Shown: positions 39,058 to 48,703, counted from the stretch's first letter. The stretch is 63,196 nucleotides of DNA from an uncultured Eubacteriales bacterium (GCA_900547975.1 URIX01000005.1:1-63196), one strand, 5' to 3'. The notes: generated by a model from the letters alone, not told the origin. Program-made: numbers and translations.

Positions 39058-39723
39058 TCAATCTTCCGACCTTCGATAATCGAGGATAATCGCAACGCCG
39101 TCTTTAACCGTGAATCTGACGTTGTAACAATCGAATATCATACCGTAGATTCTGTCGTCGTCCTGATAGGACGGGCGAGGGTCTTGCGCTATGCAAGATA
39201 CGATTTCTTGCTTTTTATCCTCTTGTAAATCGTCAAGAATGTCGACGTTTTCCACTTTCAAAAGGTGTGTTATATCCTCTGCGAATCCGCAAATCGCGCT
39301 CGGCACGCAATCGGTTTTGAGATAGGGTTTTATGTCGTAAATCGGCGTTCCGTCCAAAATGTCCGCGCCTTCCACAATCAATGCTTTGCCTTGCTTTGTG
39401 TCCTCTACGCCGACGAGTTTTACCAAACTCAATCCCAGCGAGTTGGGACGGAAAGGCGAGCGCGTGGCAAAAACGCCCATTTTCGTGTTGCCGCCGAGAC
39501 GGGGCGGACGTACCGTCGCGCAAAACTCGTCGCGGTGCGCTTTTGAAAAATCGAATATCAGCCACAAGTGCGAAAAGCCCTCGATTCCTCTCAAAGAGTC
39601 GGGGTTGCGGTATTCCTTTTCAAACACGACGGTGCTTTTGGTTGCGACTTTGCCGCTTTGGCGCGGTATGCCGAACTTTTCCTTGAACGGCGTGTGAATG
39701 ATTGCAATCGGTTTTATTTCCAT
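39058..39723 (-). CDS. tsaA: tRNA (N6-threonylcarbamoyladenosine37-N6)-methyltransferase TrmO/TsaA family
   Basis: MEIKPIAIIHTPFKEKFGIPRQSG...GFSHLWLIFDF is the TsaA/YaeB signature. ATG at 39723 lies behind GAGG; the ORF extension up to 39804 has no RBS. Confidence 0.85.
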   Translation of the reverse strand: MEIKPIAIIHTPFKEKFGIPRQSGKVATKSTVVFEKEYRNPDSLRGIEGFSHLWLIFDFSKAHRDEFCATVRPPRLGGNTKMGVFATRSPFRPNSLGLSLVKLVGVEDTKQGKALIVEGADILDGTPIYDIKPYLKTDCVPSAICGFAEDITHLLKVENVDILDDLQEDKKQEIVSCIAQDPRPSYQDDDRIYGMIFDCYNVRFTVKDGVAIILDYRRSED

Positions 39724-40056
39724 ATCTGCCTCTAAGAGTTGTTGACACAAAAATAATAACACGATTTTTCCGTTTTTCATAGACTTTTCTCTGCGAGTTT
39801 TCAACGTGACTTTTTATCGTTGTTTTGACGATATATACGGACTTTCGATATGCGTTTTCGTTACGTATTTCGATATATATTTTGAAAAGCGAGCGCAAAC
39901 GTCGTTTAGCCTTGTGCCGCGTTTTGCCGTTCGGTCAAAGTTATCGTACTTTTGTAAAAAATCGCTCTTGAAATGACGGCATTTTTGTTTTATACTTTTC
40001 GTATAATCTTTTATATCTTATTGATATAAAATTTTTGATATAGGACGGAGGAAATT

Positions 40057-41166
40057 ATGAAAAGAACTTATCCGAGTTGGTTAGAGGGTCAACTCAACAG
40101 CAAGCAAACCGAGTATACGAAGCCTACAAGGTTGCTCGGTGACGACGGCAAATTGCTCGCCCCCGGTTGGGCAAGACACAACGTATTCGAATACGACCGC
40201 GAAAAAGCAAAACCCGCAAACCGTAAAAAAGAATGGGATTTCTATCAAATCTCTAACGGCGAATTTATGGTGCAAATCAGTTTTGCAAACATCTCTATCG
40301 GCGGCTACGCGCAAGCGTCCATAACCGACCTTCGCCACGCGCATAAAAAGAGCAAAATCCATTCGGGTACGATTCTCGAATGTACCGCGCTGTTTTTGGG
40401 CGGCAAAAAATATATGCTTCCCCCAAAGGGCGACGAGCCGAACGTTCTCGACCACACCGTCGGCAAAACGCATATGAAAGTCGTCACCGAAACCAACGTC
40501 AGAACAATGTATTTCAAGGGTAAGTTCAAAGGCAAAGAGGTCGAGGCAAACTTCACTATGGACATTATGGACGGACTTGAAAACATCACCACCGTGCTTC
40601 CGTTCAAAGACAATCCCACGAGATACTTTATGACCACCAAACAAAACTGTATGCCCTGCGAAGGCACTTTCCGCTGGGGCGAGAAGGTTTGGAAATTCGA
40701 TAAAAAGGACACGTTTGCTTTTCTCGACTGGGGCAGAGTCAACACCCCCTACAAAATGGTTTGGTACTGGGGCAACGGCTCGAAGGTTGTTCAAGGTCCC
40801 GACGGAAAAGACCATATGTTCGGCTTTGAAATCACTTGGGGTATCGGCGACGAGTCAAACGCCACCGAAACCGCAATCTTCTGGGACGGCAAAGCCCACA
40901 AATTCGGCCCCGTCGACGTCGAAGTTTTCCCCAAACCCGACAAATTTACCGAGCCTTGGCACTTCGTTTCGCAAGACGGTCGTTTCGATTTCACGATGAC
41001 TCCGTTCTACGACCATCACGGCGACCTCAATGTCCTCAATCTTCTTCGTATGCATTGCCATCAAGTTCACGGTATTTGGAACGGAACGGCAATCCTCGAT
41101 GACGGCACGAAAGTCGAGGTGAGGGATATGTATGCGTTTTGCGAATATTGCGAGAACAAGTGGTAA
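40057..41166 (+). CDS. DUF2804 domain protein
   Basis: 369 aa with SD GGAGG. The segment KEWDFYQI...FMVQISFANISIGGY is typical of DUF2804. Confidence 0.7.
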   Translation: MKRTYPSWLEGQLNSKQTEYTKPTRLLGDDGKLLAPGWARHNVFEYDREKAKPANRKKEWDFYQISNGEFMVQISFANISIGGYAQASITDLRHAHKKSKIHSGTILECTALFLGGKKYMLPPKGDEPNVLDHTVGKTHMKVVTETNVRTMYFKGKFKGKEVEANFTMDIMDGLENITTVLPFKDNPTRYFMTTKQNCMPCEGTFRWGEKVWKFDKKDTFAFLDWGRVNTPYKMVWYWGNGSKVVQGPDGKDHMFGFEITWGIGDESNATETAIFWDGKAHKFGPVDVEVFPKPDKFTEPWHFVSQDGRFDFTMTPFYDHHGDLNVLNLLRMHCHQVHGIWNGTAILDDGTKVEVRDMYAFCEYCENKW

Positions 41167-41350
41167 AAACGCGCTATTTGGCGTGATACGTCGTCAGCGA
41201 ACCTCGACCGTCAATTCACGTACTATTTGTACGTTAGGATTGCCGTTCGAGGGACGCTTCCTTGTCTGACGCTCAAATATCGCGTTTTTAACAAGTACTA
41301 AGCTGAGCGAGCGCTGCTTCCTTGTTCTTCATCGAAATATTGTATTTTTG
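41167..41350 (+). repeat. Gene-3'-end hairpin-plus-tail repeat, locus R1 (tail present twice)
   Basis: Apex ACGTAC-TATTT-GTACGT (41219-41235) with imperfect outer arms 41206-41218 / 41236-41250. Tail copies CGCTTCCTTGTCTGACGCTCAAATATCGCGTTTTT (41256-41290) and CTGCTTCCTTGTTCTTCATCGAAATATTGTATTTTT (41315-41350). The 5' box AAAACGCGCTATTTGGCG matches 50262-50280. Confidence 0.65.
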
Positions 41351-41397
41351 AAAAATCAACAACACATATCTTCTAAAAAACAAATATCTACATTTCT

Positions 41398-42630
41398 ATG
41401 GAATACGTTATCAACAATCAAAATCACGTTATAAGAGGCATCGACAGGGGCGATACGGCGGCGTTTTTGGGAATCAGATTCGCAAAGGGCGAAAGATTCC
41501 AAAAGCCCGTTCTGCAACCGCTCGAAAAAGAAGTAAACGCTATGCGCAGAGGGGACGGATGTCCTCAGTTCAGACAGTTTTTCGACGAAAGCAAGTCTAA
41601 ATCCAAACAAGATCTTTTCTACTATAAAGAGTTTAGGCAAGGTTTGACGTTTCGGCACTCGGAAGACTGCTTGAATCTCAATATCTATGCGCCGAAAAAC
41701 GCGCAAAATCTGCCCGTTTTGCTGTATATTCACGGCGGCGCGTTTGTGATATGTTCGAGCGACGAACGTCCTTTCGACGGCGCGGAAATCGCAAATGAGG
41801 GCGTGGTTTGCGTATGCGCGAATTACAGGCTCAACGTATTCGGCTACAACGCCGACGAGGGCGCGCAAAATCTTGCGTTTTACGATATGATTTGCGCAAT
41901 CGAGTGGGTGAAAGAGAATATATCCGTTTTTGGCGGCGACCCGTCGAGCATAACGCTTATGGGGCAGAGTGCAGGCGCGATTTCCTTGCAGAATCTCATT
42001 TTGTTGCCAAAAGTCAAAGAGATGGTCAAAGGCGCGATTATGCTTTCGGGCGGCGCGAGCGTGCGCGGTATATTCGCCCCGAAATCGCTCAAACGCGCAA
42101 AACGCTTTTTCGCAAGAGTGCGCAAGGATTTGCAAAAGAGAGGTCTCGACCCAAAAACTTGCAACTCGCAAGACCTCTATCTTGCTTGGTACAGACAAAA
42201 CAAGAAGAATCTTGCGCTGTCTATGCTGTCCACGATGCCCGTTTTCGACGGCGAAATAGTGCGGAAAGACCTCTATAAAAATGCGTATAAGGACGAGCAA
42301 ATTCCGTGTATTCTCGGCGTTACGAAAAACGACTTACTTGCGCCGTATCTCGAACGCATAGCGAAAACGATGATGAAAAAAGGCAACGGCAAAGTTTGGC
42401 TGTCGCATTTCTATCACCCGCTTCCTTGCGACGACAAGGGCGCGTGGCACAGCGCGGACTTGTGGTATATATTCGGCTTGAATCAACACCCGTGGCGCAA
42501 GTTCGGCGAGGAAGACTACAAACTTGCCGACGAACTTCGCAAGAGATATTGCGAGTTTGTCAAAACGCAATCGCCGAATCCGCAAGGCTATTCCGAATGG
42601 AAACCCAACACATCGAAAGAGTTTTATTGA
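41398..42630 (+). CDS. Carboxylesterase type B family (short form)
   Basis: LNLNIYAP...PVLLYIHGGAF oxyanion region and the GQSAG nucleophile elbow (ITLMGQSAGAISL). 410 aa. No obvious SD. Confidence 0.8.
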   Translation: MEYVINNQNHVIRGIDRGDTAAFLGIRFAKGERFQKPVLQPLEKEVNAMRRGDGCPQFRQFFDESKSKSKQDLFYYKEFRQGLTFRHSEDCLNLNIYAPKNAQNLPVLLYIHGGAFVICSSDERPFDGAEIANEGVVCVCANYRLNVFGYNADEGAQNLAFYDMICAIEWVKENISVFGGDPSSITLMGQSAGAISLQNLILLPKVKEMVKGAIMLSGGASVRGIFAPKSLKRAKRFFARVRKDLQKRGLDPKTCNSQDLYLAWYRQNKKNLALSMLSTMPVFDGEIVRKDLYKNAYKDEQIPCILGVTKNDLLAPYLERIAKTMMKKGNGKVWLSHFYHPLPCDDKGAWHSADLWYIFGLNQHPWRKFGEEDYKLADELRKRYCEFVKTQSPNPQGYSEWKPNTSKEFY

Positions 42631-42650
42631 TTATGCCTTTTGAAAAAAGA

Positions 42651-42680
42651 AAAAGCCGAAAGATTTTCTTTCGGCTTTTT
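42651..42680. terminator. Bidirectional terminator between convergent genes
   Basis: AAAAGCCGAAAG (42651-42662), loop ATTTT, CTTTCGGCTTTT (42668-42679), between the esterase (+) and the ATPase (-). Confidence 0.85.
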
Positions 42681-42698
42681 GTATGCGCTTTTTAGGTT

Positions 42699-45416
42699 TT
42701 ATGCGGAAAGGACTACGCCTTTCTTTTTGCGCACCAAACGTGCGATTGCTTTTGCAATTTCAACCATAGGAATAATCGAGATTGCAAGCGCGATTGCAAT
42801 GCCGTATTCCTCTATGTTGAGTTCTGCAAGTTCAAACGCTTTTGCAAGGAACGGCACTTCCACGACGAGAGTCGTTAGCAACAGCGAAAGTGCTCCTGCG
42901 CCCCAAAGCCACCAGTTTTGTTTCTTGATTTTGAAAATCGAGCCGTGCAAGGAACGCATATTGAATGCGTGGAAGATTTCCGCCATAGAGAGGGTCAAAA
43001 ACGCCATAGACGAGCCGAGCGTTTCCGCGCTGTACAAGCCGTTTGCGATTGCTTCGGCGTGGTGCATTTTTGCAAGCACTTCCGCGCCGATAAAGTAGGA
43101 CGCTATGGTTATGAGGGTGATAAGCACGCCCTGATAGCCTATTGCAAAGCCCATACCGTTTGCGAAAATTCCGTCTTTGCTGTTCCTCGGCGGACGGTTC
43201 ATAATGTCGCGCTCGGGCGATTCCATACCCAGCGAGAGAGCGGGGAAGCAGTCGGTTATGAGGTTTATCCAAAGCAAATGCGCAGGCTTGAATATCGTGA
43301 AGTTCGCAAGCGTTGCGATAAATATCGAGAGCACTTCCGAGAGGTTGGACGCAAGCAAGAATTGAATGGATTTGCGGATATTGTCGTAGATGCGTCTGCC
43401 TTCGCCGACCGCCGATACGATGGTTGCGAAGTTGTCGTCGGTGAGAATCATATCTGCAACGTTTTTGGTGACGTCCGTACCCGTTATGCCCATACCCACG
43501 CCGATGTCCGCATTTTTGATGGACGGTGCGTCGTTCACGCCGTCGCCGGTCATTGCAGTGATGTATCCTTTTGCGCGCCACGCGTTGACGATTCTCGTCT
43601 TATGTTCGGGTTGAACGCGCGCGTATACCGAGTATTTTTCGACGTCGTTTGCAAAATCTTCGTCGCTTATATTGTCGAGTTCCGCGCCCGTAATAGCTTC
43701 GGACGGGTCTGTGATTATGCCCAGTTGCATTGCGATTGCGACGGCGGTGTCCTTGTGGTCGCCCGTTATCATTATGGGGCGGATGCCTGCCTTTCTGCAC
43801 TCGTCGATTGCGGGTTTAACTTCCGGACGTACGGGGTCTATCATACCCACGAGACCAACGAAGCACATATCTGTTTCGTCTTGTTCGGTGGTGTATTCGC
43901 TCTTTTGCTCGTCAAGGCGTTTTTTTGCAACCGCAAGCACGCGCAACGCTCTGTCCGCCATTTCCTTGTTTGCGGAAAGAATTTCCTCGCGCTTGTCGTC
44001 GGTCATAGGCGTTTCTTGTCCGTCTTCGAGATAGAAAGCGCAGCGTTTTACGATTTCGTCGGGCGCACCTTTGGTGAATTGCAACACTTCGCCGTTATTA
44101 TCGGTGTGTACCGTGGTCATCATCTTACGCATAGAGTCGAAAGGTATTTCGCCCACGCGCGGATAAAGTTTCTTTTGCTCGTTCTTGTCAAAAGACAGGG
44201 ATTTTGCGTAATTTACGAGCGCGCACTCTGTCGGCTCGCCCGTTGCCTCGCCTTTTTCTTCGTCGTATTCTGCGTCCGAGCAGAGCGACATAGCGTTTGC
44301 AAGCAAGTTTTCGTCGCTGCCGTAGTGGTCTACTACGGTCATTTTGTTTTGGGTGAGAGTGCCCGTTTTGTCCGAGCATATGATTTGCGTGCAACCGAGA
44401 GTTTCGACGGCGGTGAGTTTGCGTATGATAGCGTTGCGCTTTGACATATTCGTTACGCCAATCGAAAGAACTATCGTGACGACGGTGGCAAGCCCTTCGG
44501 GAATCGCCGCAACCGCCAACGATACCGCAATCATAAACGTGTTGAGTATTGTTGTCGCCGTGTCCGCTTTGAGAGTTCCGTCAACGCCCGAGCGAATGAG
44601 ACTGACCGCAAATATCACCACGCAAATGCCTATGACGAGGTAGGTGAGGACTTTGCTTAATTGCGACAACTTTTGTTGCAAGGGAGTTTTGCCTTCTTTT
44701 GCTTGGGTGAGGGCGTTTGCGATTTTGCCCATTTCGGTGTCCATACCCGTTGCCACGACGACCGCTTTTCCTCTGCCGTACACGACGGTGCTTCCCATAA
44801 ACGCCATATTTTTTCTGTCGCCGAGAGGCACTTCGCCGCTCGGTGCGTCTATGACGTCGCAGGTTTTAAGCACGGGCACGGATTCGCCCGTGAGCGCGGC
44901 TTCTTCGATTTTCATACTCGCGCACTCTATTATTCTTGCGTCCGCAGGCACCGCGTCTCCCGCTTCGAGTACGATTACGTCGCCGACAACCAAGTCTTCG
45001 CTCTTGACGACAACCAAGTGTCCGTCGCGTATGACTTTCGACGTGGCGGCGGCTATCTTTTGAAGCGCGTCGATGGCTTTTTCGGCTTTGCTTTCTTGCG
45101 CCACGCCGAGAATGGCGTTGATTATGACGACCGCCATAATGATGATGACGTCGGACGGGAACTCTTTTGTTGCGCTCGACGCGTTGTTGACCGCGGTCAA
45201 TACGCCCGAAATTATCGCCGCAACGATGAGAATCAGCGTCATAGGCTCGATAAATTGCTTCAGAAATCGCAAAATAATCGGCTCTTTTTTGCCTTCGGCA
45301 AGTTTGTTTTTGCCGTTCTTTTCAAGACGAGCGGTCGCCTCTTGCGAGGATATGCCGTCCTGAGTCGTTTCGACGTTCGTGCATACGTCTTCGACGGATT
45401 CGAGATAGTGTTTCAT
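42699..45416 (-). CDS. P-type cation-transporting ATPase (Ca2+/PMCA-SERCA-like, P2 type)
   Basis: DKTGTLT phosphorylation motif, TGES, MITGDH, GDGVNDAPS and ten TM segments. ATG at 45416 lies behind AGGTG; the extension to 45500 has no RBS. Confidence 0.95.
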   Translation of the reverse strand: MKHYLESVEDVCTNVETTQDGISSQEATARLEKNGKNKLAEGKKEPIILRFLKQFIEPMTLILIVAAIISGVLTAVNNASSATKEFPSDVIIIMAVVIINAILGVAQESKAEKAIDALQKIAAATSKVIRDGHLVVVKSEDLVVGDVIVLEAGDAVPADARIIECASMKIEEAALTGESVPVLKTCDVIDAPSGEVPLGDRKNMAFMGSTVVYGRGKAVVVATGMDTEMGKIANALTQAKEGKTPLQQKLSQLSKVLTYLVIGICVVIFAVSLIRSGVDGTLKADTATTILNTFMIAVSLAVAAIPEGLATVVTIVLSIGVTNMSKRNAIIRKLTAVETLGCTQIICSDKTGTLTQNKMTVVDHYGSDENLLANAMSLCSDAEYDEEKGEATGEPTECALVNYAKSLSFDKNEQKKLYPRVGEIPFDSMRKMMTTVHTDNNGEVLQFTKGAPDEIVKRCAFYLEDGQETPMTDDKREEILSANKEMADRALRVLAVAKKRLDEQKSEYTTEQDETDMCFVGLVGMIDPVRPEVKPAIDECRKAGIRPIMITGDHKDTAVAIAMQLGIITDPSEAITGAELDNISDEDFANDVEKYSVYARVQPEHKTRIVNAWRAKGYITAMTGDGVNDAPSIKNADIGVGMGITGTDVTKNVADMILTDDNFATIVSAVGEGRRIYDNIRKSIQFLLASNLSEVLSIFIATLANFTIFKPAHLLWINLITDCFPALSLGMESPERDIMNRPPRNSKDGIFANGMGFAIGYQGVLITLITIASYFIGAEVLAKMHHAEAIANGLYSAETLGSSMAFLTLSMAEIFHAFNMRSLHGSIFKIKKQNWWLWGAGALSLLLTTLVVEVPFLAKAFELAELNIEEYGIAIALAISIIPMVEIAKAIARLVRKKKGVVLSA

Positions 45417-45497
45417 AGATTCACCTTTATTTATAATAAGAGTATTTTTTATATAATTATTCCATAACTGCACGCAGTGCAATTTATTATTCCTCTG

Positions 45498-45905
45498 CAA
45501 GGGTGTAGGGGTGTACTCTAAATGAAGCTTCCCCTTTCCTCACGTGTTTTCCCTATCTGCGTTCCCCCTCTGCACAAGTTTGAGGGAACCCACGCCGACC
45601 GCGTAGCGGGGGACAACACTCGGCTCTCGCATAGAAAAGTATCGTCCTCTTGTTATTCCACTCGTTCACGGGCGAAAAAGCCACACTCGCCCGTTCACTT
45701 GTACTAATCGTCAAGCTCGGCGCTCATAGGCTCGCCGCCTTGCGGCTCGTGTTCCGTCTGCGAAAGAGTGCAGATGGATAGCGCAAACAAAAAAGACCTA
45801 TCCTGACGGATAAGTCTCATCATTTCAAATAAAACCGGAGACAATGCTCGTGTTAGCGGCTTTATTGCACTTTAGGGAAAAGTGCCGATTACTCCCTTAT
45901 TTACT
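45498..45905 (+). repeat. Structured intergenic repeat, copy B (subfamily 1)
   Basis: Starts with CAAGGGTGTAGGGG. The 5' half is alignable to copy C (CTTCCCC..CCTCACGTGTTT..GTTCCCCCTCTGCA...TTTGAGGGAACCCACG..). The core 45637-45761 is near-identical to copy A. It contains hairpin ACGGGCGA (45668-45675) / TCGCCCGT (45687-45694). Confidence 0.7.
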
Positions 45906-46120
45906 GCGATTGTATCATAACTTGTTTTGCTCGTCAAACGATTTGTTTGTCCGACACAACGAGTTTGTATACAATTTTTGCCTTATTTGTTTATTAATAC
46001 TTGCTTGATAATCGTTTGGCGCCCGTTTGACGATTGCTTAAAATTTGTTTTGCGATTCACGTTCGATTGACGATTATTTTTTTGCTTTTAGTCGGTTTGC
46101 CTTTTGCGTTTTTGCGTTGC

Positions 46121-46849
46121 TTACTTATTTGCAAATTCCGCTTCGAGTTCGAAACAAGGGCGTTTGCGCACGAAACCTATCATCGTGAGGTTGTTGCCGT
46201 CGAGGGTATATTCGAGCCGCACGCTCGCGCCGAGTTTTATTTCGGACTTAAATTCGATTTCAAGCGTTTTTAGCGTGTGCGCGGCAAGGTAGTCTTTGCC
46301 CAAAACGTCTTCCATACAATCGAGGTATTTGGCGTTGTTCATATGCCCGTTTATATCCACCTGACTGTATGCGACTTTGAAGCGTTTTACGTTTTGTTGC
46401 TTTCCGAGAGATACGCCGAAAGACAAGGGTATTTCGTTGCCCGTTTTTATTCCCGGGACGACCACGCCGTAGTTTTCGGGGAACACCATTTTGCGCTTTT
46501 TTGAGTCCATCAAAAGCCAGACTGCACTTGCTTTGAGCAAGGTGTTTCCGTCCTTGTCGAGCATTTGATAGTATCTCGGAAACAGCACGCGCATAGTGTC
46601 GCCCGCCCAACTCGAAAGGGTGACTTCGTCGTCGTAGCAGGGCAGTTTTTCTATTTCCAGACGCACTCTGCAAACCACCCACAACGCGCCTTTGTCAAGA
46701 GTTTTCTCTCTGCCCGCGCCGAGTGCCTCGGTGTGCGCGATGGATATTTCCTGAAGGTTGCGCATAAGCACCGACGGGCGCAAGTTGCGATACATCGTCA
46801 CATCGTCGGCAAGAAGTTTGTGGTGGGTTGTATATACCAAATCAGCCAT
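46121..46849 (-). CDS. Acyl-ACP thioesterase family protein
   Basis: 242 aa with a double hot-dog pattern typical of bacterial FatA/B-like thioesterases (LWVVCRVRLEIEKLP...DINGHMNNAKYL). Confidence 0.85.
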   Translation of the reverse strand: MADLVYTTHHKLLADDVTMYRNLRPSVLMRNLQEISIAHTEALGAGREKTLDKGALWVVCRVRLEIEKLPCYDDEVTLSSWAGDTMRVLFPRYYQMLDKDGNTLLKASAVWLLMDSKKRKMVFPENYGVVVPGIKTGNEIPLSFGVSLGKQQNVKRFKVAYSQVDINGHMNNAKYLDCMEDVLGKDYLAAHTLKTLEIEFKSEIKLGASVRLEYTLDGNNLTMIGFVRKRPCFELEAEFANK

Positions 46850-46894
46850 TTATATCACCGTTTTGTATTGTTAAACGTCACGTTGCGACAAAAA

Positions 46895-47149
46895 TCACTT
46901 CGTAGCCGCATTGTATACGACGTCCACGACCTCGCCTACCGTGCGCAGTTTCATCCACGTTTTATCGGGGATTTTAACGCCATAGTCGCTTTCGAGCGTG
47001 CAGATGATATAGATGTAGTTGAGCGATTCGTAACCTTTTGAATTGATTGCGGTTTCGCTTGTGATTTCTTCGTTTTGCAAAGAGGGAATATATTGCTTGA
47101 TAAGTCCAGCCAGTTTGTTTTGAATCTCTTGTTTGTTTACTTGTGCCAT
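46895..47149 (-). CDS. Acyl/peptidyl carrier protein (phosphopantetheine attachment)
   Basis: 84 aa with SD AAGGAG. It has a carrier-protein helix-2 motif with the candidate Ser in GYESLNYIYIICTLE (DltC/ACP-like). Confidence 0.7.
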   Translation of the reverse strand: MAQVNKQEIQNKLAGLIKQYIPSLQNEEITSETAINSKGYESLNYIYIICTLESDYGVKIPDKTWMKLRTVGEVVDVVYNAATK

Positions 47150-47218
47150 ATTTGCTCCTTTTTTGTAGTTTACGTATTTTTTCGAGAATGACTTTGTGCC
47201 GAATCACCTTTTACGTCT

Positions 47219-48574
47219 TTACAGTTCGTATCTTTTCACTTTGCCCGTTGCCGTTCTCGGCAATTTGTGTGGCAAAACTTCGAGGCGGGTTATCTGCATA
47301 TTGAACGGCTTGTTTTTGTTGAACGCCGCAAGTTTATCTTTGAGCAAACTCACGTTCAAAAAGCCGTCGCCGTTGCCCACGAACAAGGTTATCGCGTCGT
47401 CTTTTATTGCAAGTGCGGCGTCTTCGAGTTCGAGTTGTTCGGCGATTTGATTTTCCCATTCGGGCAAGAAAATTTTGTTGCCGTTTTCAAGCACGATTAT
47501 GTCTTTTTTGCGCCCGGTGATATAAAGGCGCCCGTCCTCGTCGAATCTGCCGAGGTCTCCCGTGTGCAACACGCCGTCGACAAGCACTTCGTCAGTTGCC
47601 TCTTTGTTTTTGTAGTAGCCTTGCATAATACATTCGGGGCAGCGTATGAGGATTTCGCCGTCCTCGCCGAGCGTTATGTCGTCGTCGGGGCATACCGACA
47701 TCGCAAACGGATTTTCGCCGCAACTTATCGCAACGCCGCTCGACGTTTCGGTGAGCCCGTATCCGAAACGCACTTCGATCCCTTTCGCTTTTGCCGCCGT
47801 AAGCATTTGCTCGGTTGCGGGTCCTGCGCCTACGAGTATCATTCTCAATCCGTCGTTGAGTGCGTTGAAACCTATGAGGAATTTGAGAATAGACGGCACG
47901 ACGGATATAATCGTGGGCTTAAAGTAGTCGCAGTCTTTGGCGATGTAGCGCATACCTCTCGTCATCGACACGCACGCGCCTTGCGACATAGGCCACAGCA
48001 TTGCGCATACAAAACCGAAAACGTGGGTGAGGGGTAGCAAGCAAAGCAGATTGTCGCTTGCGCGGCAAGGGCATTTTGCCTGTCCGTTCCACGCGCTCGC
48101 GCACAGCGATTTCGACGTAAGAACGACCGCTTTCGAGGAATGAGTCGTACCCGACGTGAAAAACAGAATATTTCCCTCGCCGTCCGCAAGACTTACTTTT
48201 TCGGACGGGGCGATTTTTAGTTTCGAAGCGTACGGGGCGGTCAAACCGTCTGTTAAGAGCGTTTCTACGTCGGTGGCAAGCACTTGAGCCTGAATTACCG
48301 CCGCCTCGCTCATCGGATCGAGCAAAACGGTTTGTTTGCGCGCGAGCACGCACGCGTACATATCTATAATCCATTTTATCGACGGGGCTTGCAAAATGCC
48401 GACGCAATTTGCGTCCAAATGTTCTATTTGCGTCTTGCGCGCTTGAATTTCCTCGTACAACGTCGCGTACGTCAAACGCTTGATTTGTCCGTCTTCGTCG
48501 TATGCGAGGGCGGTGTCGTCGGCATGATTTTTCGCATTGTGCAAGAGCATTTCGTCAAATGATTTGAATTTCAT
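47219..48574 (-). CDS. AMP-dependent synthetase/ligase (acyl-CoA or acyl-carrier-protein ligase), short form
   Basis: ILFFTSGTTHSSKAVVLT (AMP-binding core), YGLTETS, and a C-terminal TATGKVKR motif. ATG at 48574 lies behind GGAGGTG. Confidence 0.85.
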   Translation of the reverse strand: MKFKSFDEMLLHNAKNHADDTALAYDEDGQIKRLTYATLYEEIQARKTQIEHLDANCVGILQAPSIKWIIDMYACVLARKQTVLLDPMSEAAVIQAQVLATDVETLLTDGLTAPYASKLKIAPSEKVSLADGEGNILFFTSGTTHSSKAVVLTSKSLCASAWNGQAKCPCRASDNLLCLLPLTHVFGFVCAMLWPMSQGACVSMTRGMRYIAKDCDYFKPTIISVVPSILKFLIGFNALNDGLRMILVGAGPATEQMLTAAKAKGIEVRFGYGLTETSSGVAISCGENPFAMSVCPDDDITLGEDGEILIRCPECIMQGYYKNKEATDEVLVDGVLHTGDLGRFDEDGRLYITGRKKDIIVLENGNKIFLPEWENQIAEQLELEDAALAIKDDAITLFVGNGDGFLNVSLLKDKLAAFNKNKPFNMQITRLEVLPHKLPRTATGKVKRYEL

Positions 48575-48675
48575 ACTCACCTCCGAATCATCGTATATTA
48601 TAACACGCATATTCTTTCTTGTGAATACCAAATTTGAGAATAAATAAAAATATATCGATATTTTTTGAAAACTTA

Positions 48676-48703
48676 TTTACAATTTAAAAATAGATGGTAT
48701 AAT
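48676..48703 (+). promoter_or_regulatory. Extended -10 promoter of the flavoenzyme gene
   Basis: TTTACA (48676-48681), 16-nt spacer, TGG-TATAAT (TG 48695-48696, TATAAT 48698-48703). An inverted repeat ATAGTTT-GAAT-AAACTAT (48719-48736) lies between the -10 and the SD. Confidence 0.6.

Noticed and set aside
42918-44444. 508-aa + strand ORF antisense to the P-type ATPase. There are similar antisense ORFs opposite metG (33414-34862), the flavoenzyme (48741-50015) and the esterase (41356-42300).
   Set aside because: The opposite-strand genes carry unmistakable family motifs (DKTGTLT, HIGH/KMSKS, GxGxxG, GQSAG). The antisense translations are Arg/Val/Phe-rich nonsense without motifs or an RBS.
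45906-46120. Scattered short repeats of TTGACGATT / AATCGT(T/C)(T/A)A(A/G) downstream of the thioesterase gene (about 45941, 46009, 46027, 46066)
   Set aside because: Only 6-9 nt are shared and the spacing is irregular, in T-rich sequence. The inverted pair AATCGT..ACGATT (46010-46035) has a 14-nt loop and weak flanks. There is not enough evidence to call a binding site or terminator.
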